Source: Candidatus Saccharimonadota bacterium (GTDB taxonomy: Bacteria; Patescibacteriota; Gracilibacteria; BD1-5; UBA6164). From it: DNA of 32,000 bases. The translations under genes and the position numbers were made by a program. The stretch spans positions 1,230,001-1,262,000 of the forward strand of contig OZ245768.1 of assembly GCA_965227835.1 (NCBI GenBank), read 5' to 3'. Shown piece by piece: positions 11,930-22,338 of this stretch; positions within the stretch are counted from its first letter, which is position 1, and the number at the start of each line of letters is the position of its first letter. Under the pieces are notes generated by a model. The model saw nothing but the letters and a program-made list of their open reading frames with translations, was not told where the DNA came from and did no database searches.

Positions 11930-13117
11930 ATGGTAGTTTTTCTGATAATAATTTTGGTAATGAGCTTGAATTTATTTGTTTTGCATTTGTTTTGAGAGAG
12001 TTTTATCAAAAGTAGCGATAATATAAAATATGCTTATGCTACACTTCTTTTTTTGATTGAATCAATACTTATAGTTTATTTTATATGAAAGTTTTATGAT
12101 ACCCCTATAAAACAATTAAAATATTTTATACAAAAGTTATATACTGGTCAGTTGAAATGAGAAAAAATAGAGGTTTCTAGATCTGTAAATAGAGATTTAA
12201 ATAACATAAGTGATAGTATAGTTGATATACTTAAAAGGCTTAGAAATATAAAAGAAGAATTTATTCAAGGTAAAGCCATAAAATGAGAGGTAGAGTTAGC
12301 AAAAGAGATACAGTGAAGAACATTTTTAAAAAAACTTACAGAAGTTCCTTCTTTGAATGTAATAGCAAATTCTAGACCAGCATGAGAAATAGGTTGAGAT
12401 TCTTATGATATAATAAAGAATTGAGATAATTATTATATATATGTGTGAGATGCTACATGACACTGAGTTTGAGCTTGATTTATAATGATGATGGTAAATG
12501 CTCTTATAGCTTGATTTTCAAATATATATATAAAATGAAGCCAGATAATGGCTTCAGCAAATACTGTTTTAAAACCTAGAGTAAAAGCTAATCTTTTGAT
12601 GTCTGTTTTACTTTTAAGATGGAACGAGGAAGAAAAAAGGTTATTTATGACTGGAGCATGACATGAATATTTAATGGTATATAAGCAATCTAAAAATAAA
12701 TGTTATAACATAAAATCTGGTTGAGTTGCTCTTTGAATGATAAAAGATATTAGTAAACTTTTAAAAGAAAAAGAAATATCTTTTGAACCTGGAGATATTG
12801 CAGTTTTGTATAGCGATTGAATAACAGAGGCTATAAATAAACCTAAAAGAGACGGTTCAGAAAAGATGTTTTGAGAGGATAGGCTTATAAAATCTATAGA
12901 GCAGTCTCCTAATATGGAGGGTAAAAATTATAAAACTGCCAATTCAGTATACAATAATATTACTATAAATTTATCAAAATTTATGTGATATAAACCTGTT
13001 CAATTGGATGATGTTACTTTGTCTGTAATACAGTATAAACCTGAAGATTACATAAAAGAAAAAGATTTTTCAGAGAAAATACCTGATGATTTAGTTACTG
13101 AGTGGAATTGGTCTTAG
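11930..13117 (+). CDS. membrane-anchored SpoIIE/PP2C-family serine phosphatase (RsbU-like)
   Basis: 395 aa. Two N-terminal TM helices plus a linker, then GGDSYD, VGDATGHGVGAG, LYSDGITEA and DDVTLSVIQY. Confidence 0.8.
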
Positions 13118-13167
13118 TAGATATCTTGCTAAAATTGGATTTTAGTTTTAAAAAAACAAAAATAAAT

Positions 13168-13195
13168 TTGACATATATTTTTTATATATTATAAT
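13168..13195 (+). promoter_or_regulatory. near-consensus sigma70-type promoter TTGACA-N16-TATAAT
   Basis: TTGACA at 13168..13173 and TATAAT at 13190..13195. It points rightward into the IS30 left end, about 33 nt away. Confidence 0.45.
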
Positions 13196-13227
13196 CCACA
13201 TAATTCAATTTACCTGAATTAAACCCC

Positions 13228-14381
13228 GAAGTGCAATTTTTTAAATGAACTTAAAGAAGAAAATATAGCATTAAGAAATTTTTTATTTTTGAGATTATAA
13301 AAAATTTTGTTATAATTCCAAATACAACATTAAGATTGTGAAAAGTGTGCTTGATTAGGGGAAATAAATCAAAGTATTTCTCTAGGAGTATTTGCTAATA
13401 TATCGCAAATACTTTTTATTTTTTCATCACTTACATAATCAAATATAGTTCATTTAGGAAAAAATCTCCTGATAATCCTATTTAAATTCTCAATACTTCA
13501 CTTCTGCCAAGAAGAATAAGGCTCACAAAAGTAAGTATCTATTCATATATCATTTAATAAATAATGCTTAGCAAATTCCATTCAATTATCAAAAGTAACA
13601 GATTTAATTCATATATCATCTTTAACTCAAGCTATTAGATTAATTATATTTTCACTTGATTTATCTTTTATTTTAAAAATTTTAGGTAACCTAGTCTTTC
13701 TATCAACCAATGTAAGTATAGCTCATTTAAATCATTTTTTAGAAACAATTAAATCAGCTTCAATATGTCATTTTTCTTCTCTGTTATTTATTGTTTCAGG
13801 TCTATTTTTAATACTAACTCTATTTTTAATTTTCACTCTTTCTGTTTGTTGTTTTTTCTTTCTATAACCTTTATGTTTATATAATAATAGTTCTTTATAT
13901 TTATTTCACATACCAGTTTCTAGCCAAGAATATATACTTGTATGGGAGATATGTTTCTTTTTATCTGTTTGAGTATTATTCCGTTTCTTAGCAATTGTTT
14001 TTGGGGACATTTGTATTTCTGTTATTGATAGTTGTTCTATTATGAAATTTTTCATATTAGTATTCATATTTATCTTCATTGATTGAGTTTTTGTTAACCA
14101 TCGTCTTTGATATGATTTGATTTCTGCTTCTAGTGCTAAATATACTTTTTTATTGTTTCATCGTTTTTTTACTGAATTTCTGTATATCTCTCTGCTTATT
14201 GTTGATTCTGATCTTTTTAGTATTGATGCTATATCTTTTTTCTTTAATCATTTATTTAAATGAAATTCAATACTTTCTCTCTCTTGGAATATTAATTGTC
14301 AGTACATATCTTATTATATTAGAAAATAATGTTATTACCCTACGGGGAATACTATATTTTCTTCTCTTTTAATTGCACTTC
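13228..14381 (-). mobile_element. IS30-family insertion sequence (~1.15 kb)
   Basis: 11-bp terminal inverted repeat: GAAGTGCAATT at 13228..13238 and AATTGCACTTC at 14371..14381. Both ends also share the subterminal 14-mer AGAAGAAAATATAG. It encloses a single transposase ORF. Confidence 0.75.
13330..14307 (-). CDS. IS30 family DDE transposase
   Basis: 325 aa with TGA=Gly. HTH region is ERESIEFHLNKGLKKKDIASILKRSESTISREIYRN. DDE region includes GHIEADLI, FDNGMEFA and EPYSSWQKGSIENLNRIIRRFFPKG. TGG=W and TGA=G occur side by side in the conserved motif. Confidence 0.88.
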
Positions 14382-14461
14382 ATTTCTTACTTTGGGTTAC
14401 TGTAATTTAAATTGAAGAGGCCCTTAACATTTTAACAACACTACATTAGAGAGGTAAAATT

Positions 14462-15955
14462 ATGGTTATGTTGTGGATTCTTTTAGGGATAATTTGTGTT
14501 ATAGGTGTTGTGTATATCTCTATACGCAAAACTAAACATGAAAATGAAAACAAACGTTTGGGTGAGAACAGCCAATTTCCTATTCCCCCAAGAGTACGTC
14601 ATGTTCTTATAGGACTTGCTATGCTTTTTATGGGATTGGGAGCATTTAACGCAAACTTCTTTTATGCTGAACCTGGTTACATTTACCATGTTCGTACAAT
14701 AATTGGACAAGAGCGTGTGATTGATTCTGTTGGTTATAACTACTATTTTCTTGGTCGTATCAATCAATGGAAAAAGGCCATGACTGTTCAAGCTGTTTCT
14801 TTTAGTGATACAAGTGGAGATGAATCTCCTGATAGTGTAAATGCAGAAGGTGAAGGGGGAGCCCAAACTTCGGCTTCATTACCTCCTCTTTCCGTAGTTA
14901 TGCTAGATCAGGTTGACTCTAAAATATCAGCTACTACTCGTTTCCGTATTCCTAGTGATAGGGAGACTTTCCTTAGGATGGCTCATGAGTATCGCACACC
15001 TGAAAACTTACTTCGCACAGCACTGATTCCTGCTTTTAAGGAAACTTTGCAAGCTACTGGTTCTTTAATGGCTGCCGAAGAGTATTACAGTGGTCGTCGT
15101 ACTGAGTTTAATGCTGAGTTTGAGAATCAGATGCAAAATGGTATTTATCTTGTATCTCGACATCAAATAACTGTTGATGATCCCACAGCCCAAGCAAAGG
15201 CTTCTGCCGCAGCTAATCTAGGTGATGATCAAACTAACTTTGGTGAGGCAACAAAAGTTAGATGGGTTGTCAAAAAAAAGATGAGAGAAGATGGTACTTA
15301 TGAGCGTAAATCTCAAAAGTTCACTGAATATGGTATTGCTGTTATTGAAGCTCGTGTTACAGATTTGATTCCTAATTCCAAATTTGTAGAACGTATGCAG
15401 CTTAAACAACAAGCTGCTGCTGATCGTGCTATAGCTCAAGAGAAACGTGTTCAAGAAGAAGAGCAACGTTTGTTAGCAATTGCCAAAGGTGAACGCGAGG
15501 TTGCTGAAGAGCAAGCTGCTGCTAAGAAAGTTCAAATCAAACAGACTACTGAAGCTGAAACTGATAAAAGTCTTGCTCTAATTGCGGCCTCTAAGCAGTT
15601 AGAACAAGCTGAAATTGACAAGCAAACAGCTCAAATTCAGAAAGAAAAAGCTGATATTGATGCTGCGAGAATCAAGGTTTTAGCCGATGCTGATAAATAT
15701 GAGCGTGAAGCTCGTATTGCTGGTGATAATGCATTACAACAAAAATTGGATGCAGAAATTTCTATTCAACAAGTCTGGGCAGATGCTTATTCAAAAAGGC
15801 AGGTTCCAACCTATGTTTTTGGAAATGATTCTGGTCAGGGAGGAGCTCCTGTTGGTTCAGACTCGGAAGTTAAAAACTTTATGCAGCTCATGACTATAGA
15901 TGCTGCAACACGTTTGAACTACAATCGAGGTCTTGAATTTAACACTAGCAAATGA
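14462..15955 (+). CDS. SPFH/Band-7 (prohibitin/flotillin-like) membrane protein; apparently foreign and written in standard code
   Basis: 497 codons open under table 11. Two N-terminal TM helices, an SPFH-like core (VVMLDQVDSKISATTRFRIP...LLRTALIPAFKETLQATGSLMAAEEYYSGRRTEF...YGIAVIEARVTDLIP) and an Ala/Glu/Lys/Gln coiled coil. SD-like GAGAGG lies 7 nt upstream. No in-frame TGA. Ends in TGA followed by a terminator. Confidence 0.75.
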   Translation: MVMLWILLGIICVIGVVYISIRKTKHENENKRLGENSQFPIPPRVRHVLIGLAMLFMGLGAFNANFFYAEPGYIYHVRTIIGQERVIDSVGYNYYFLGRINQWKKAMTVQAVSFSDTSGDESPDSVNAEGEGGAQTSASLPPLSVVMLDQVDSKISATTRFRIPSDRETFLRMAHEYRTPENLLRTALIPAFKETLQATGSLMAAEEYYSGRRTEFNAEFENQMQNGIYLVSRHQITVDDPTAQAKASAAANLGDDQTNFGEATKVRWVVKKKMREDGTYERKSQKFTEYGIAVIEARVTDLIPNSKFVERMQLKQQAAADRAIAQEKRVQEEEQRLLAIAKGEREVAEEQAAAKKVQIKQTTEAETDKSLALIAASKQLEQAEIDKQTAQIQKEKADIDAARIKVLADADKYEREARIAGDNALQQKLDAEISIQQVWADAYSKRQVPTYVFGNDSGQGGAPVGSDSEVKNFMQLMTIDAATRLNYNRGLEFNTSK

Positions 15956-15977
15956 TTCAGAGTAAAATCTGAAGTGA

Positions 15978-16005
15978 GAGCCCCCATATGGGGGCTCTTT
16001 TTTTT
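15978..16005 (+). terminator. rho-independent terminator of the SPFH gene
   Basis: GAGCCCCC-atat-GGGGGCTC at 15978..15997, followed by eight T at 15998..16005. It begins 23 nt after the TGA. Confidence 0.85.
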
Positions 16006-16021
16006 ACCTTTAAATATATTT

Positions 16022-16777
16022 TTAGCTTTTTATACCTCTTCCTCTCTTAATCAAAAACAAAACTAATAAATACAAAGAAACGAGAAAAAATAATAATATT
16101 GATAAAGAAAATCAAACATCCACATCACTTATTCATATAAAAGAATATCTAAGTCAATTTATCATATAAAGAATAGGGTTAAATTTACTTACTTCTTGCC
16201 AAAAAGGAGATAACACAGATATAGAATAAAAAACTCAGCCTAAATATATCAAGGGGGTCATAATAAAACTAGGTATTATATTCACGTCATCAAAATTATT
16301 TGCAAAAATTCAGTTCAAAAGGCCTGCCAAAGAGAAAACTGCCGAAGTCAAAAATATAAAGAAAAACATATAAAGATAACTATAAACTTCTATATCTACT
16401 ATGAAAGATGAAAAAATAAAAACCAAAACTCAAACCATTATCCCTCTAAACATTCAAGCAATACAAAATCATATTATAATCTTGTTATAAGACATAGGAG
16501 AAACCAAAATCTCTTCCAAATTTCTAAACATTTTTCAAGCAAGAAAATTAAACGAAGTAAGAGAATAACTTCACATAATTATAGACATCATCAAAAGACC
16601 AGGAAATATAAAACTCATATAACTAACTCAACCTCATATATTTATCTGAGTTCAAAGAAATTTTCAAAATATTAAAATATATAAAATAGCTGTAATTACA
16701 GGTGGAAGCAAGGTTTGTTTCCAAATTTTCAAAAACCCTTTAGATAGTTTTAAAACAAGAGTAAAAAGATCTGTCAT
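16022..16777 (-). CDS. ABC-2 type transporter permease
   Basis: 251 aa with about 6 hydrophobic helices. Directly downstream of the ATPase gene (3-nt gap) on the same strand. Confidence 0.7.
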
Positions 16778-16780
16778 TTT

Positions 16781-17689
16781 TTACTTTATTAAACGTGTAA
16801 ACAATTGTTCAAGCCTAGAAGATTCATTTTTAAAGCTAGTTATTATAATTCAAGTATTATCAAAATCTTTTATAAGTTCATTTATAAAATATTTTCTATT
16901 TAAAGTTACTCTAATCTCATTTGCATCTAATATCTCAATTTTATATTTTTCTACTAGACTTTTCGGTAATTCTCACATTTTCTTTTTAGTATCCAAAATA
17001 ATAGTTTCTTCATCCAAGCTTTTCAAAAGTTCTTTTGTTTTCATTTGTTTTATGATTTTTCATTGACTTATAATAGCTAAGTTATCACAAAGGGCTTCAA
17101 CCTCTTCTAAATAATGGGTTGTTAAAAGTATCGTTGTTCATGTATTGTTTAGTTTTTTTAAAAACTGCCACGTGTTTTTCCTGAGCTCTACATCTATTCA
17201 TGCTGTGGGTTCATCAAGAATTAAAAGTTTTGGTTCATGTATCAAAGCCCTAACTATCATAAGCCTTCTTTTCATTCATCAAGAAAGTTGCCTTGCCTCA
17301 TTTTCTCTTTTATCCCATAATCATAACTCTTTTAAGTATTTTTCTGTTCTAATTTTAGCTCTTTTTGCTGGAATACCATAATATCATGCTTGTTCTAGAG
17401 GTATATCTTTCACTTTTGAAAACATACTAAAATTATGCTCTTGAGGTACTAAACCTATATATTTTTTAGCTTCTCTGAAATTCTTATCTATGTTTTCTCA
17501 AAATACCTTTACAATTCAACTATTTTTTCTAACTAAATCTGTTATTATTCAAATTAAAGTAGTTTTTCAGGCTCAATTATGACCCAAAAGAGCAAAAAAA
17601 TCTCATTTTATTATATCAAAACTTATTCATTTTAATATTTTTTTATCTCAATAGGTTTTTTCTAATTTTTTTATTTCTAATGCTTTCAT
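16781..17689 (-). CDS. ABC transporter ATP-binding protein
   Basis: 302 aa. Walker A GHNGAGKTT, signature LSGGMKRR, Walker B LLILDEPT, and H-loop TTHYLEE. Confidence 0.9.
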
Positions 17690-17699
17690 AATTTTTTAT

Positions 17700-18743
17700 T
17701 TATTCTTCTATTTTTAAGATTTTATCTCAAGTTATTTTAAATATATCTTTATCAATTTTTTTAAATTCTTTTCAAGCATTATTATAATGGTTCATGCTTG
17801 TATTTAAACTATTTCATAGCTTATAAAAATATTCTTCATAGGCTCAAAGGTGTCTTGCTAAATTTCATATTTGTTTTTTTATTTCTTTAGCTTGGTTTTC
17901 TATTTGTAATGCTCTAAGACCTTGCATAACTGTTTGTAGATAAGCATAAAAACTTGTTGGACTTACAATTATTACTTTTTTTTCTTTAAAAGCATATTCG
18001 ACTAAATCTATGGTATTAATATCAAGAGTACCAACTTTATTTATTAGTAGGTCATAATAAATTCATTCACTAGGAATAAACATAAATGCAAACTCCATAG
18101 TACCCTGTTCTGGTTTTATATATTTTGAAGTTTCATCTATTCTTTTTTTCAAATCTTTTCTTAATTCTCATTCATATTTTTCTTTTTCTAACTGGGTTTT
18201 TGATGCAAGTATTTTATTATAATTTTCTAAAGAAAATTTTGAATCTATGGGAATAATTTTTTCATTTATAAATATTGCGGCATCAACTCTTTCTCCAGAT
18301 TTAAATTTATATTGTAAACTATAGTTTTCTGGTGGGAGAATATTTTTTAAAACTGATTCTAGAAAATATTCTCAAAGAATTCATCTTTGTTTCGGATTTT
18401 TCAAGATACTTTCAAATCATTTCAATTGTCCTCCTATTTCTTTTATTTGATTGTTTGTTTCTTCTAAGCTGGCTAGTTTTTTGGTTATGTCTTCTATCAA
18501 TTTATTTGATTTATTAGATATATTTGAGTTAGTTTTTAAGTTTTCTAACAGGTTAGTATTTATGATTTTATTGTTTTGGCTTAGTTTTTCATCAAATATT
18601 TTTGAAAGATTAAAAATTTGATCTTGAATAAGTTTAGAAGAATTGTTACTAGAGTTTTTTTTTGTAACCAAAAAAATTGTTACTATAAGAAGGGCTGATA
18701 TTAAAAATAAAAGACTAAAAAGTAGTAATTCTTTATCCGACAT
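17700..18743 (-). CDS. rmuC: DNA recombination protein RmuC
   Basis: 347 aa. N-terminal TM helix, a coiled coil, then an RmuC-like core (RGILGEYFLE...VDAAIFINEKIIPIDSKF...FMFIPSEGIYY...IIVSPTSFYAYLQ). Confidence 0.75.
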
Positions 18744-18778
18744 AAGATTTTAAAATTTTATTATTTGTATAACTATAG

Positions 18779-19309
18779 TTATTCAGATTTCTCGGTTTTT
18801 GTTTCTATTTTATAGACAAGATAGTTTTTATCATCAAAATCTTCTTCAAGTTTTTTACTCAATACACCAACAAAATCTTCTCAAGTCATCAAACTACCTG
18901 ATATATTTGGTAAAATAGTAGCTGATTTTTCATAATCTGCTTTTATTACTAATACACCAAATTTAGACGGATCTATATTTTTTATTTCACCATCATTTAG
19001 AGGTTTTCATCTATCTATAATTTCATCTATTCTAATATTTATTTTTTCTTTTTCTTCTAGTTTTATTTTTTCAAATCTTGGATCATTTAATGCATTTATA
19101 ATATTTTCTATAAGTTCTAAAACTATATTTTCTTCTATTTCTTTTATGTTACCAGAACTTCATCTAATTTCTTGGGAAACATATAAACTAACAAAAATAC
19201 TTGCTTTTCTTTCTAAAAGAGATTTGTCTTTTATTTCAATTTCATCCAGTTTTGGGGTTCTTAAATTTTTAAAATAAAAGTCTATTATTTGTTTTGCTAA
19301 ATCAAGCAT
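18779..19309 (-). CDS. AMMECR1 domain protein
   Basis: 176 aa. SIFVSLYVSQEIRGSSGNI...NALNDPRFEKIKLEE matches the AMMECR1 pattern (FVTL..LRGCIG...DPRF) with Cys replaced by Ser. Confidence 0.55.
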
Positions 19310-19370
19310 GGTTTTTTTGTTAAAAAATATTTTTAAGGTTTTTTATAAACAATATTTTATAATCTTTTTT

Positions 19371-20495
<1,125 letters not shown>

Positions 20496-20525
20496 AATAA
20501 CAAAATTAGTATTAATTTTGTTATT
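20496..20525. repeat. perfect 13-bp inverted repeat abutting the ATPase start codon
   Basis: AATAACAAAATTA (20496..20508), loop gtat, then TAATTTTGTTATT (20513..20525). Confidence 0.6.
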
Positions 20526-20622
20526 ATGATATTATTTTTTTATAAAAAATGCAACTTTATTTTCAATTTATATTATATAAATATAAATTGTCTTCCTTTT
20601 TCAATAATCTTTTATCTTTTCA

Positions 20623-21375
20623 TTAAATACTATTTTTTTCTTCTTCTTCAGCTAATTTTTCTTTTTCTTCATTTTCTATTTGATAAAAAATATCTCCTAT
20701 TTGATCTTGATTTGTCAGCCTATTGTAATGAAAATATCAAAAATCAAAAAGGCCCTTAAAAAATACTTGAGAAAGGTTTATTATAGGCATTAAAAAAAGA
20801 AGGGAGATTAGTTTAGCATTGCCAGACTCAAAACTTGAAAAAATAAGTCCTGTTATAATCATAGAAAAAAATATTCAAACAAAACATCAATAAACAGATA
20901 CAAGTACATATCTATAATTGTTTAATATTTCAAGAATTAGACTTGTTCCAAAAATAACTATGGTTGTATGAAATAGGAAGGTTATCATTATGTAATCATA
21001 ATCTATTAATCCTACATATATATAGACAGGAAGAACGAATAGATAGGTTAGAAATGTGAAAAATGCAATTTGTCCAAATATTACTATGTTTTTTTTATAT
21101 CTTTCGGGTGCTGCAAAATTTAGAAAAAAGTAGTTTACAAAAACGGTTAGACTCGTAGATAGAAATGTTATTACAGACAGGGTTAAAGGAAATATTGCGC
21201 TTTGTTCTCATGCTCAAGTTCTTGCTACACTAAAGGCACTTCATACATTCATAAAAGACGAAATTGAAAAAATCAATATTAAAAGAATTATTGATCAGAT
21301 AATAGCACTAACAAATGCTCAAAGTGAAATAATCCCCAAGTCTCTTATTTCTATTTTTTCTGGTCAAAAGCTCAT
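20623..21375 (-). CDS. hypothetical multi-pass membrane protein with an acidic C-terminal tail
   Basis: 250 aa with TGA=Gly and about 6 hydrophobic segments. C-terminus is ENEEKEKLAEEEEKNSI. No family recognised. Confidence 0.5.
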
Positions 21376-21386
21376 ATTTTGGTTTT

Positions 21387-21830
21387 TTAACGAATTAATT
21401 TTAAGTTTCTCATCTCTGAGATATGAATATATAGATAAATCAATGCTCAAATTGTTATAAAAATATCTGCGAGATTAAATATAGCAAAATATTTAATTCA
21501 TATAAAGTCTATAACTTTTGAGTTTAAAATTCTTTCAAGCCCGTTTCAAATAGCTCAAGCCAATATTAATCAAAAACTTAAATCTAGCAATTTTAAATTA
21601 TTTCTTGCTTTTCTCTCCAATAAATAATAATAAAAAACTAAAATTATAATAATAGCAGTTAAGTATTTCAAAAAAGGTATTTGTATACTAAAGGCAATTC
21701 ATGTATTTTCGCTATACTTTAAAAACAAAAAATCCCCTAGGATATTATATTTTTCTTCTAGGTATTTTGATGCAAGGCTTTTTGTGTATAAATCTAGAGT
21801 TATTCCTGCTGTTATAATGAGATAAAACAT
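21387..21830 (-). CDS. lspA: lipoprotein signal peptidase II
   Basis: 147 aa. Contains NTGIAFS, GAIGNGLERI, VIDFI and FNLADIFITIGA. Confidence 0.7.
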
Positions 21831-21969
21831 TTTTTAGGGGTGGTTATTTTAATAGAATTTAAGAAAAAAGTTTGACTTTTTTAAGTTTTAATTAGAATAA
21901 ATTTTGCTTAGTGAAATTGTTTTACTAGGCAAAAACATTTCCACAACTCAAACAATTTGGAGGAATAAT

Positions 21970-22212
21970 ATGAAAAGTGTGTATTATCAGCTCATAGGAG
22001 TAAAAAGCGAAGAGGCTCAAGCCCTCGTTGATATAACTACAGATGAGCTTTCATCACCTGGTGCTTTAATAATAATTAGCAAAGGTAATGTATATACAAA
22101 CTGCCCATATATATCTAAAACACATAGTGAATCCAGACCTCATGTTACTTCTGTTAAGGAAATAAAAGGGGATATATCTGAATTGACTAAGTCTGAGATA
22201 AAAGGAGGATAA
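21970..22212 (+). CDS. hypothetical 80-aa protein; TGA-free and SD-led
   Basis: GGAGG lies 6 nt upstream of the ATG. All 6 Gly are GGN codons. Sequence MKSVYYQLIGVKSEEAQALVDITTDELSSPGALIIISKGNVYTNCPYISK... belongs to no family I recognise. Stop is TAA. Confidence 0.5.
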   Translation: MKSVYYQLIGVKSEEAQALVDITTDELSSPGALIIISKGNVYTNCPYISKTHSESRPHVTSVKEIKGDISELTKSEIKGG

Positions 22213-22338
22213 TTAAAGAGTAAAAACCTTTAAGGAGGCAATCTACAGAATTATATTAAGCAAAATAAAAACAATTTATCTTTTTTGTATTGATTTTTCT
22301 GTACTTTGCCTTCTAAATATATAAGGCTGTTTGCTCTT

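Noticed and set aside
14133-14372. 79-aa plus-strand ORF in the IS30 region
   Set aside because: It lies antisense to the IS30 transposase frame, which has strong family motifs. It is a hydrophobic, AT-driven artefact.
14483-14866. 127-aa minus-strand ORF, and the 15218..15466 and 15687..15893 ORFs, inside the SPFH gene
   Set aside because: They are shadow or alternative-frame ORFs of a clearly coding region. Their sequences are low-complexity with no motifs. The SPFH frame explains the region.
13118-16066. Assembly chimera as the explanation for the standard-code SPFH gene
   Set aside because: The segment is internal and only ~1.6 kb long. It is joined on both sides to code-25 sequence, and the convergent permease gene ends within 20 nt of its terminator. 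This cannot be fully excluded without read mapping, so it is listed as the refutation test in the findings.
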